Of a DNA stretch of 34,252 nucleotides, positions 18,804-26,941 are shown piece after piece. Position 1 is the stretch's first letter, and each line of letters opens with the position of its first letter. The stretch lies in sequence record DRR723986_11816; one strand, 5' to 3'. A program made the translations under genes and the position numbers. The notes beneath the pieces are model-generated. The model was not told where the DNA came from and made no database searches. It worked only from the letters and a program-made list of their open reading frames with translations.

Positions 18804-18873
18804 GCGCGCCGTTAGGCGCGCTTGGCCCAACGGGCGGGTGTGCATCTTTGATGCACGCGCAACGGGCGGGAGC
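18804..18873 (-). repeat. Structured intergenic element, copy B (inverted)
   Basis: On + strand: stem GCGCGCC-GTTA-GGCGCGC (18804-18821), 3 nt, GCCCAAC (18825-18831), 32-nt spacer with GTGCATC-TTT-GATGCAC, GGGCGGGAGC (18864-18873). Confidence 0.8.
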
Positions 18874-18992
18874 CTCTTCATTGCTATGGTTTTCAGTAAA
18901 GCCAAAAGGATGTGTCAAAATTGATTTGAAAATTAGATGGGAAAAAATGCGATACTTCTATTCTAAACTAAACCCCAGCCCGGAACGTTAAG

Positions 18993-20411
18993 ATGGAAAA
19001 CGCACGATACCCTCGCAATCTGATTGGATACGGAGCCAATCCGCCGCAAGCCAATTGGCCGGGGAACGCCAAGATCGCGATTCAAATCGTATTGAACTAC
19101 GAAGAAGGCGGGGAGAACAACGTTCTGCACGGAGATCAGGCGTCTGAGGCATTCTTGTCTGAGATCGTAGGTGCAGCGCAATGGCCCGGGCAACGACATT
19201 GGAATATGGAGTCCATTTACGAATATGGCGCGCGTGCCGGGTTTTGGCGATTGCATCGCCTGTTGAGGGACGTGCCGATTACCGTATACGGGGTTGCCTC
19301 AGCGCTTGCGCGTTCACCGGATCAAGTGGGGGCCATGAAGTCTGCCGGTTGGGAAATCGCGAGTCACGGCCTCAAATGGATAGAATACAAAGATGCGACA
19401 CCTGAAGCCGAGCGCGCAGATATGCGAGAAGCTATTCGGCTCCATACCGAAGTCGTCGGGGAAAGCCCTAAGGGCTGGTACACAGGGCGGTGTTCTGAAA
19501 ACACGGTCCGGCTTGCCGCCGAAGAGGGGTGCTTTGACTATGTGGCCGACACCTATGCGGATGACCTGCCATATTGGGTTCAAGAGGGAAATCGGGATCA
19601 GTTGATCGTCCCGTATACGCTTGACTGCAACGACATGCGGTTTGCAACACCACAGGGGTTCAATTCTGGGGATCAGTTTTTCACCTATCTCAAAGATAGC
19701 TTCGACGCACTTTATGCCGAAGGCGAAGATGGGTCCCCCAAGATGCTGTCGATCGGCCTGCATTGTCGTTTGATCGGCCGTCCGGGCCGTGTCATGGCGC
19801 TGAAACAGTTCTTGGACTATGCGCAGGCCCAACAAGGCGTCTGGTTTGCTACACGCCTGGAAATTGCGCAGCATTGGGCCGCAACGCACCCGCCCATGTC
19901 AAACCCTCGCCCGTCCGTCATGAAACGGGATGAATTCATAGCGGCCTATGGTGGGATTTTTGAACACTCTGCTTGGATCGCTGAGCGTGCGTTTGATCTG
20001 GAACTTGGGCCAGCCCACGACACAGCGGGCGGATTGCACAACGCTTTGGCGCGGATGTTCCGTTCCGCATCAGAGGCTGAAAAACTTGGGGTTCTGACTG
20101 CACACCCCGATCTGGCAGGCAAGCTGGCGCAAGCCAAACGATTGACCGCTGAAAGTAGCGCGGAGCAAGCCGGGGCAGGTTTGGACGCGCTGACCGATGA
20201 GGAGAAAGAGACATTCACGATGCTAAACCAAGCATACGTGGATAAGTTTAACTTCCCCTTTATCATCGCGGTCCGCGACCATGACAAAGCCTCCATTCTG
20301 GCGGCGTTCCGGCGACGTATCGAAAATGGTCGAAACGCAGAGTTTGCCGAAGCTTGTCTTCAGGTCGAACGGATTGCCGAGTTCCGTTTGCGCGATCTGT
20401 TACCCTCATGA
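18993..20411 (+). CDS. puuE: Allantoinase PuuE fused to C-terminal OHCU decarboxylase (UraD)
   Basis: N-term YPRNLIGYG, LNYEEGGE, ESIYEYG, GWYTGR, NDMRF, GLHCR; C-term FEHSAWIA, AHPDLA, EQAGAGL, KFNFPFIIAVR. Confidence 0.95.
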   Translation: MENARYPRNLIGYGANPPQANWPGNAKIAIQIVLNYEEGGENNVLHGDQASEAFLSEIVGAAQWPGQRHWNMESIYEYGARAGFWRLHRLLRDVPITVYGVASALARSPDQVGAMKSAGWEIASHGLKWIEYKDATPEAERADMREAIRLHTEVVGESPKGWYTGRCSENTVRLAAEEGCFDYVADTYADDLPYWVQEGNRDQLIVPYTLDCNDMRFATPQGFNSGDQFFTYLKDSFDALYAEGEDGSPKMLSIGLHCRLIGRPGRVMALKQFLDYAQAQQGVWFATRLEIAQHWAATHPPMSNPRPSVMKRDEFIAAYGGIFEHSAWIAERAFDLELGPAHDTAGGLHNALARMFRSASEAEKLGVLTAHPDLAGKLAQAKRLTAESSAEQAGAGLDALTDEEKETFTMLNQAYVDKFNFPFIIAVRDHDKASILAAFRRRIENGRNAEFAEACLQVERIAEFRLRDLLPS

Positions 20412-20896
20412 CCCGCCAAATCTGCATCGAAGCAATTTCGGCTGAGCGTTTTGCGCCCTTTGGGGACTTGATTGATATCACTGGGGAGGCCGATAAAGTC
20501 ATCAACCAAGGTCAGTGCGGTCGGTTTCATGATCGGGCAACATTGGATTTCGCCGACGGCCGTGCGGGGCTGAGCCTGTTCAATGCCAACCCGCGCGCAT
20601 TGCCTTATCAGTTAGATTTGGTGGAACGTCACCCCGAAGGAAGTCAGGCGTTCATTCCTATGACACACCAACCGTTCCTTGTGATTGTCGCACCTGACGA
20701 AGCTGGCAAGCCGGGACGTCCGCGTGCGTTCAAGACTCAAGCCGGGCAAGCGGTAAACTATCATCGCGGTACGTGGCACGGAGTGCTGACGCCATTGCAC
20801 GGACCCGGATTGTTCGCCGTTGTTGATCGGATCGGGGCCGGAGAAAATTTGCAAGAACACTGGTTCGACGATCCATACGTGGTTGTCGATGACTAA
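20408..20896 (+). CDS. allA: Ureidoglycolate lyase
   Basis: FAPFGD, ERHPEGSQAFIP, VNYHRGTWH, FAVVDR; ATGA overlap with puuE. Confidence 0.93.
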   Translation: MTRQICIEAISAERFAPFGDLIDITGEADKVINQGQCGRFHDRATLDFADGRAGLSLFNANPRALPYQLDLVERHPEGSQAFIPMTHQPFLVIVAPDEAGKPGRPRAFKTQAGQAVNYHRGTWHGVLTPLHGPGLFAVVDRIGAGENLQEHWFDDPYVVVDD

Positions 20897-20960
20897 GTGA
20901 ATCCGCCGATAAAGAAGCGGAAAGACCCCCATGTGATCCATTAGGGAGGACCGAGAGATC

Positions 20961-22388
20961 ATGGCCGATACTTCGATAGGAACGCCGCAACAATTGCGCG
21001 ATCCAAATTATACCCCCGCCTTACACAAGGCGATTCCCCTGGGCATTCAACATGTTTTGGCGATGTTCGTGTCAAACGTGACACCGGCGATTATTGTCGC
21101 TGGGGCTGCGGGTTTTGGATTTGGATCCAACTCCCCTGATTTTCCGGAACTGCTGTATCTTATACAGATGTCGATGCTGTTTGCGGGCATTGCCACGCTG
21201 CTGCAAACGATAACGATTGGCCCGGTAGGGGCGGCATTGCCGATTGTGCAAGGTACAAGTTTCGCCTTTTTACCCATCATGATACCGCTGGTTGCAGGCA
21301 AAGGCGTTGATGCGCTGGCTGCCTTGTTTGGCGGTGTTATCATTGGCGGGGTGTTTCACGCGCTTTTAGGAACTGTGATTGGCCGTGTTCGATTTGCCTT
21401 GCCGCCGTTGGTTACAGGGCTGGTTGTCACGATGATCGGCCTGGCCTTGGTCAAAGTCGGGATTCAGTACGCGGCAGGCGGCGTTCCAGCGATTGGGAAA
21501 CCCGAATACGGGTCCCTGTTGAATTGGTCCGCAGCGCTGGTGGTGATCTTTTCTACGCTTGGGTTGAAGTTTTTTACCCGCGGCATGCTGTCGGTTTCCG
21601 CCGTTTTGTTGGGTCTGATCGTGGGCTACGTTTATGCCCTGATGATGGGAATGATCACCGTTGAGGTCATCGGAATCAGCTGGGACCGCGCTGCAACCTT
21701 TGCGCTGCCGGTGCCGTTTAAATACGGTTTTGAGTTTTCAACCGCCGCTGTCATCGGCTTTTGTCTGATGGCCTTTGTGTCTGCAGTCGAAACCGTGGGC
21801 GACGTGTCTGGTATCACCAAAGGTGGGGCAGGGCGCGAAGCGACTGACACTGAAATCGCCGGGGCGACTTATGCAGATGGTGTGGGATCAGCGGTTGCTG
21901 GCCTGTTTGGCGCGTTTCCAAATACCTCATTCAGTCAGAATGTCGGCTTGATTGCCATGACAGGTGTGATGAGCCGTCATGTGGTGACTTTTGGCGCCAT
22001 TTTCCTGATCATCTGTGGCCTGATCCCTAAAGTCGGTGCGATTATCCGGACGGTCCCGATTGAAGTGCTAGGCGGTGGTGTGATCGTGATGTTTGGCATG
22101 GTGGTTGCTGCCGGCATTTCGATGTTGTCGGATGTTGCTTGGAACCGCCGTAACATGGTCATCTTTGCAATAGCTTTGTCCATTGGGCTGGGGCTGCAGT
22201 TGGAACCGGGTGCAGTGCAGTATCTGCCAGACACGCTGCGGATTTTGATGACCTCGGGGTTGCTACCGGCGGCTCTGATCGCAATCGTCTTGAATCTGGT
22301 TCTGCCAGAAGAGCTTGCCGATGAGGCAACCGAAGAAGTGTCTGGTGGTATGGCAGGTCACGGATCAGGCAGCCTGTCAGGCGACTGA
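20961..22388 (+). CDS. NCS2 uracil/xanthine/urate permease
   Basis: GIQH, VQGTSFAF, VETVGD, NAT motif TSFSQNVGLIAMTG. Confidence 0.95.
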   Translation: MADTSIGTPQQLRDPNYTPALHKAIPLGIQHVLAMFVSNVTPAIIVAGAAGFGFGSNSPDFPELLYLIQMSMLFAGIATLLQTITIGPVGAALPIVQGTSFAFLPIMIPLVAGKGVDALAALFGGVIIGGVFHALLGTVIGRVRFALPPLVTGLVVTMIGLALVKVGIQYAAGGVPAIGKPEYGSLLNWSAALVVIFSTLGLKFFTRGMLSVSAVLLGLIVGYVYALMMGMITVEVIGISWDRAATFALPVPFKYGFEFSTAAVIGFCLMAFVSAVETVGDVSGITKGGAGREATDTEIAGATYADGVGSAVAGLFGAFPNTSFSQNVGLIAMTGVMSRHVVTFGAIFLIICGLIPKVGAIIRTVPIEVLGGGVIVMFGMVVAAGISMLSDVAWNRRNMVIFAIALSIGLGLQLEPGAVQYLPDTLRILMTSGLLPAALIAIVLNLVLPEELADEATEEVSGGMAGHGSGSLSGD

Positions 22389-22406
22389 TCAAAAAAGGCG
22401 CGGGGC

Positions 22407-22483
22407 GCTCCCGCCCAGCGTCTACGCCTGTCGGCGTTTCCTTTGGTTGGGCGTGGCGGCGCATGGATAAATCCATGCGCCGC
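22407..22483 (+). repeat. Structured intergenic element, copy C
   Basis: GCTCCCGCCC (22407-22416), 29-nt spacer with ACGCC-TGTC-GGCGT, GTTGGGC (22446-22452), 3 nt, stem GCGGCGCATGGA-TAAA-TCCATGCGCCGC (22456-22483). Confidence 0.8.
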
Positions 22484-22514
22484 TGCATCGTGCTGCAGAA
22501 AGGGGAGGGGCCGT

Positions 22515-23504
22515 TTAGATGGTTTCAGCCATCAGTTTGGCCACGTCCAGCATACGTGCGGAAAAGCCCCATTCGTTGTCGTACCATCCAAAAACGCGGA
22601 CTTGATTTTTGCCCACCATGCGGGTTTCAGGGCCTGCAATGACCAGCGATTCCGGGCGTGCACGCAAATCAGACGACACCAGAGGCATGTCTGTCCAGCC
22701 AAGGACCGCTGAGGTTTGCACTGCGTCTTGTAAGGCGGATAGGAATTCTGCCTCACCCATTCCAGTTTCGAGTTGCACAACTAGATCCACAGCCGAAACG
22801 CTGGCCGTAGGAACCCGCACGGCCGCACCACTGATGCGCCCGGCGAGGTGGGGCAGAACCGTATCGATCAGATGCGTGGCACTGGATGTGGTTGGAACCA
22901 TCGACAGCGCACCAGCCCGGGAACGGGCCAGATCACCGCGCGGGGCGTCTACCATCGGTTGGCTGTTGGTGTAGCAGTGAATGGTTGTCATGTGACCTGA
23001 GGCAATGCCACCGATCTGATCCACAATTTTCACCAGCGGTGCAAGCCCATTGGTGGTGCAGGATGCGTTGGATACAACACGAGCATTGCCCAATTGCGCC
23101 TCGTTCACGCCCAACACAATGGTCTCTTCTGCTGCAGGGGAAGGGCCCGAAATCAGAACCTTCTTCGCGCCTGCACTCAGACCACGTCCAGCAACATCTG
23201 ACGTCCGAGCGATGCCCGTACAGTCGAGGACCACATCAATGCCTGTCAGGTCCAGCCGGGTCAAATCCGGCGTATGGGTCATCGGGATGGAATGACCATC
23301 CACAATAAGCGCTTCGTCACCGGCGAGAACCGCGCCGGGATATGGCCCAAACGTGCTATCGTATTTGAATAGGTACGCACAGGTTTCAAGCGAGGCGATG
23401 TCGTTGATCTGTACCAGTTCGACATTGGATTCAGGCGGCAGGGCCAACACCTGCCGCAGAATCGTGCGGCCGATACGGCCGAATCCGTTGATTGCGAGTC
23501 TCAT
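22515..23504 (-). CDS. Type I glyceraldehyde-3-phosphate dehydrogenase family protein (divergent paralogue)
   Basis: INGFGRIGR, NASCTTN, TTIH, RVPT, WYDNEWGFS. Confidence 0.92.
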   Translation of the reverse strand: MRLAINGFGRIGRTILRQVLALPPESNVELVQINDIASLETCAYLFKYDSTFGPYPGAVLAGDEALIVDGHSIPMTHTPDLTRLDLTGIDVVLDCTGIARTSDVAGRGLSAGAKKVLISGPSPAAEETIVLGVNEAQLGNARVVSNASCTTNGLAPLVKIVDQIGGIASGHMTTIHCYTNSQPMVDAPRGDLARSRAGALSMVPTTSSATHLIDTVLPHLAGRISGAAVRVPTASVSAVDLVVQLETGMGEAEFLSALQDAVQTSAVLGWTDMPLVSSDLRARPESLVIAGPETRMVGKNQVRVFGWYDNEWGFSARMLDVAKLMAETI

Positions 23505-23557
23505 GTCAAAGCTATGGCAGGAGCCGGAGCCGACCTCAATCCTCGTTCCGTCTCAGA

Positions 23558-23881
23558 TCACTTGCAGGCAACCTGCGTATAGAACTGACCAGAGATGTTT
23601 TGGTACATGCTGGACCTGATCACATTACATCCCGTCGCTTGCTGGACCGCTGCAATCGCTTGCGTGGTCCGCATTCTGGCTGGGGGGCCAAAAGGGTTCA
23701 GGTTGTTTGTGTCGCGCGTTGCTCGATAGATCACAGGGGCCTCTGACACTTGGGTCACAGCCCATGTTCGGCTCAGAACGTTGACAGATTTACTGGGCTG
23801 TTCGTTGATCGTCGGCACCATCTCACACGCGCTGAGTGTAAGCGCCGCCGCCAATCCCATCAAAACACTACGCAGCTTCAT
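23558..23881 (-). CDS. Small lipoprotein of unknown function
   Basis: MKLRSVLMGLAAALTLSA-C lipobox; two further Cys; GGAG upstream of ATG 23881. Confidence 0.8.
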   Translation of the reverse strand: MKLRSVLMGLAAALTLSACEMVPTINEQPSKSVNVLSRTWAVTQVSEAPVIYRATRDTNNLNPFGPPARMRTTQAIAAVQQATGCNVIRSSMYQNISGQFYTQVACK

Positions 23882-23977
23882 TTGCTGTTCTCCCAGATAC
23901 GTCACATTTGGGGAAGTTGACCAAATTGCAGGCCGGGTGTGAAGCCCCAGCCTGTGTTTTTAACAATTTGCCCCGGA

Positions 23978-24811
23978 TTAGCGTTGCAAAAGGGTCAGCG
24001 GCATGTGGCGATTGACGTCTTTGTACAACAAATACCGGAACGGGCCCGGGCCGCCAGCATAACAGGCCTGCGGGCAAAACGCGCGCAGCCACATGAAATC
24101 ACCGGCTTCGACTTCAACCCAGTCTTGGTTCAGGCGATAGACGGCTTTGCCCTCAAGTACATAGAGGCCATGTTCCATCACATGGGTTTCCGCAAAGGGG
24201 ATGACGCCGCCGGGTTGGAAGGTGACGATGTTCACATGCATGTCGTGGCGCAGATCATCGGGTTCAACAAATCGGGTGGTGGCCCATCGCCCTTCGGTTC
24301 CGGGCATCTCGTTGGGGGCCACGTCCTGTTCGTTGGTCACAAAGGGTTCGGGGCGATCTAATCCATCAACGGCTTCATACGCCTTGCGCACCCAATGAAA
24401 ACGGGCAACCGGCCCTGCATGATTGTGGACGGTCCATGTGCATCCAGCTGGCAGATAGGCATAGCCGCCCGGCTCCATTACATGGGTTTCACCCTCTATC
24501 GTCAGAGAAATGGCCCCTTCGACGACAAACAGAACACCTTGGGCATTTGGGTCGCTCTCGGGGCGGTCACTGCCACCGCCGGGTTGCAGTTCCATGATGT
24601 ATTGCGAGAATGTTTCCGCAAAGCCGCTGAGCGGACGGGCCAAGACCCAAACACGGGTTTTTTCCCAGAATGGCAGGCTTGAGGTCACGATATCACGCAT
24701 CGTACCCTTAGGGATCACGGCATAGGCGTCGGTGAACATGGCACGATCTGTCAGCAACTGATCCTGTCCGGGGTGGCCCCCTGTAGGCGCGTAATATTTG
24801 GGGTGTGTCAT
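23978..24811 (-). CDS. allE: Bicupin (S)-ureidoglycine aminohydrolase, likely the bifunctional allantoicase type (YlbA/AllE family)
   Basis: RAMFTDAYAVIP, ARPLSGFAETFSQY, metal-site ETHVMEHGLYVLEG, AFCPQAC, YLLYKDVNR. Confidence 0.9.
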   Translation of the reverse strand: MTHPKYYAPTGGHPGQDQLLTDRAMFTDAYAVIPKGTMRDIVTSSLPFWEKTRVWVLARPLSGFAETFSQYIMELQPGGGSDRPESDPNAQGVLFVVEGAISLTIEGETHVMEPGGYAYLPAGCTWTVHNHAGPVARFHWVRKAYEAVDGLDRPEPFVTNEQDVAPNEMPGTEGRWATTRFVEPDDLRHDMHVNIVTFQPGGVIPFAETHVMEHGLYVLEGKAVYRLNQDWVEVEAGDFMWLRAFCPQACYAGGPGPFRYLLYKDVNRHMPLTLLQR

Positions 24812-25021
24812 GGTCGGCCTCGCTTTCGTGTTGCGCCCACTATGAAAGCAAAGAACCGGCGGCTCCTAGTCGGGAACACCGGATAGCTTTATTCGGGAAA
24901 ATTTGAAGATTTTGCCATTGTCGCCGCGTCTGCTTTGGACAAGCCGGGTAGGGCCGTGTAACCATGGCGAAAAAGGTGCCCGCTGAATTGGCTTGCAGGG
25001 GCTTAACCATTCGAGGGTCTT

Positions 25022-25378
25022 ATGAAGTATTTGATTTCGGCAATTTTTCTAGCAACGGCTGGTATCGTGTATGGGCAGCAGGCAGATGCGAAACCGTTGT
25101 CTCAGATGATCGCCGACACCGGGCTTAGCCCCGAAGATTTCAACCTGATGAATGCGGCGACGGATGCCCTGCTTGCTAAGGGGACACCTCAGACCGGGCG
25201 ACAGCAATCCTGGTCCAACGTTGATACAAAATCAAAGGGTGTTGTCCGGGTGCAGGGTCTTCGCAGCAATTGTGTTTACTTGCAGCACCAAACCTACCCT
25301 AAAGGGCGTGCCAAACCGTTTGAATTGCGCAACCGTCTTTGCAAAGACAAAAGCGGAAAATGGGTCGCGGTGCCCTGA
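25022..25378 (+). CDS. Secreted protein resembling the 17-kDa surface antigen (RT0821/Lpp0805-like) domain
   Basis: Signal peptide ending ADA; pattern W-S-N-x-D-T-x-S-K-G...C...G...CK-x3-G-K-W. Confidence 0.6.
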   Translation: MKYLISAIFLATAGIVYGQQADAKPLSQMIADTGLSPEDFNLMNAATDALLAKGTPQTGRQQSWSNVDTKSKGVVRVQGLRSNCVYLQHQTYPKGRAKPFELRNRLCKDKSGKWVAVP

Positions 25379-25455
25379 TTTGAAACTTAGGTTTTGAAAT
25401 TGGTAGATTTTGGTTCAGCGTATGACGGTCAAAGAAGAAGAGGGAAGACGAAGAC

Positions 25456-25815
25456 ATGAAGTATACCGAAGAACATGAGTGGCTGATGCCCGAAGGGGAT
25501 CTGATCGTGGTTGGCATCACTGCTCATGCGGCAGAACAACTGGGGGATGTTGTTTTCCTTGAACTGCCCGAAGTTGGCACCGAAGTGGTCAAAGACGATG
25601 AAATCGTTGTGATTGAATCGGTCAAAGCGGCCTCGGATGTTTTGGCCCCGCTGGATGGCGAAATCGTCGAAGTGAACGACACTTTGACTGAGAACCCTGG
25701 TAAGGTGAACGACGACCCAACTGGTGATGCATGGTTCTTTAAGATGAAGCCAGCGGATCTGTCACCCATGGACGAATACATGGACGAAGCTGCGTACAAC
25801 CGTTTCATCGGATAA
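25456..25815 (+). CDS. gcvH: Glycine cleavage system H protein
   Basis: KYTEEHEW, VGIT, LGDVVFLELP, lipoyl-Lys ESVKAASD. Confidence 0.96.
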   Translation: MKYTEEHEWLMPEGDLIVVGITAHAAEQLGDVVFLELPEVGTEVVKDDEIVVIESVKAASDVLAPLDGEIVEVNDTLTENPGKVNDDPTGDAWFFKMKPADLSPMDEYMDEAAYNRFIG

Positions 25816-25836
25816 GTTTTGCGGCCATGTCGCAGC

Positions 25837-25878
25837 TCAGCGCCTCAGGACGTACCCCGAGGCGCTGAAGTGGTTTTT
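25837..25878. terminator. Hairpin between convergent gcvH and ghrA-like genes
   Basis: TCAGCGCCTC (25837-25846)/GAGGCGCTGA (25859-25868), 10-bp stem, followed by a T-run on +. Confidence 0.65.
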
Positions 25879-26812
25879 AATATCCGCGTGCACGATCTAC
25901 TTCGTGCAACAGGTCTTCGCCGGTGCTGAGGCGACGATAGTTTTCTGCCACATCGGAAAGAGCCTCGCCCAGATGCCATCCAGACACGTGGGGCGTAATG
26001 GTAACTTTGGGATGCGCCCAGAGCGGGTTATCCGCTGGCAAAGGTTCCTGACTGACCACGTCAAGGATCGCATGCTCTAGTGGGCCGTTATCCAAGGCAG
26101 ACATCAGCGCGACTTCATCAATAAGATCTCCGCGACCAGCGTTGAGCAACTGGCTGCCGGGCTTCATTGCGGCGAGCATGTCGCTGTTAAAAAGGCCGCG
26201 CGTTTCTTCGGTCGATGGCAGGATGGCGCAGACAAAGTCACATTCACCCAACATGGCAGGCAGGGTGTCATAGCCATGCAGACATTCAACGCCATCGATG
26301 GTCTTGGGGGATCGGCTCCAGCCTTTGACCTTGAACCCGATGTCGCGCAGCATTCCGGCGGACCGGCTGCCGATATGGCCAAGACCAAGCACACCCACCA
26401 CCGTGTCCGGGGTGTATCGGGGCTCGATCGGTTCCCATGCGGCATTGGATTGCGATGCGGCATGTTCGTTCAGGTGGCGTTGTGCCCGCAACACATAGGC
26501 CAGAAACCATTCCGCTATTTCCCGCGCTGGCGCATCGGGTTTCAATCGCGTGACCCGCACATGTTCGGGCAGGGCGGGGTGGTTGACGATTGTCTCGACA
26601 CCAGCCCCCAGCTTTTGCACCAATTGCAGGTTGGGCAACTGCGCTGGGCGGTCCGGGTTCAGACTGACAACCGCGGCCATTGTAATGTCTTCGGGGTTGC
26701 CCATATCCGTGCTGATGCGCACGTCGGCGCCGGGCGTACTGGCAAGCACTTGCGCCGCCAGATCGCTTTCTTCCATCCATCCAGTGATCCCGATATCGAT
26801 CAGCAACGCCAT
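25877..26812 (-). CDS. ghrA: D-2-hydroxyacid dehydrogenase, glyoxylate/hydroxypyruvate reductase A-like
   Basis: GAGVE, GVLGLGHIG, GWSRS, LNAGRG, LDV..EPLP, TPHVSG. Start ATG 26812 after AAGGA. Confidence 0.85.
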   Translation of the reverse strand: MALLIDIGITGWMEESDLAAQVLASTPGADVRISTDMGNPEDITMAAVVSLNPDRPAQLPNLQLVQKLGAGVETIVNHPALPEHVRVTRLKPDAPAREIAEWFLAYVLRAQRHLNEHAASQSNAAWEPIEPRYTPDTVVGVLGLGHIGSRSAGMLRDIGFKVKGWSRSPKTIDGVECLHGYDTLPAMLGECDFVCAILPSTEETRGLFNSDMLAAMKPGSQLLNAGRGDLIDEVALMSALDNGPLEHAILDVVSQEPLPADNPLWAHPKVTITPHVSGWHLGEALSDVAENYRRLSTGEDLLHEVDRARGY

Positions 26813-26941
26813 GTTTCTTTCCTTTGCAGACAAACTATTCGATTACGTGCCGTCACACGTCTAGACTCTCATCCGGCAGCTAAGTCATCCTCTTGTTCAA
26901 AGGTAAAGCGTTGTTTTGCCGGATTGAGGAGGAGCGAATTC

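Noticed and set aside
18224-18873. uraH as cargo of a composite mobile element bounded by inverted copies A and B
   Set aside because: No transposase or target-site duplication seen, the copies differ in sequence, and uraH is an expected member of this locus.
18804-18873. Purine or xanthine riboswitch upstream of uraH
   Set aside because: No resemblance that I can see to the guanine/adenine or NMT1 xanthine aptamer cores; the other two copies lie 3' of genes.
26276-26941. 222-aa N-terminal extension of the acyl-CoA dehydrogenase (633-aa ORF)
   Set aside because: Mostly overlaps the ghrA-like gene on the opposite strand; a strong RBS precedes ATG 26942, where family similarity begins.
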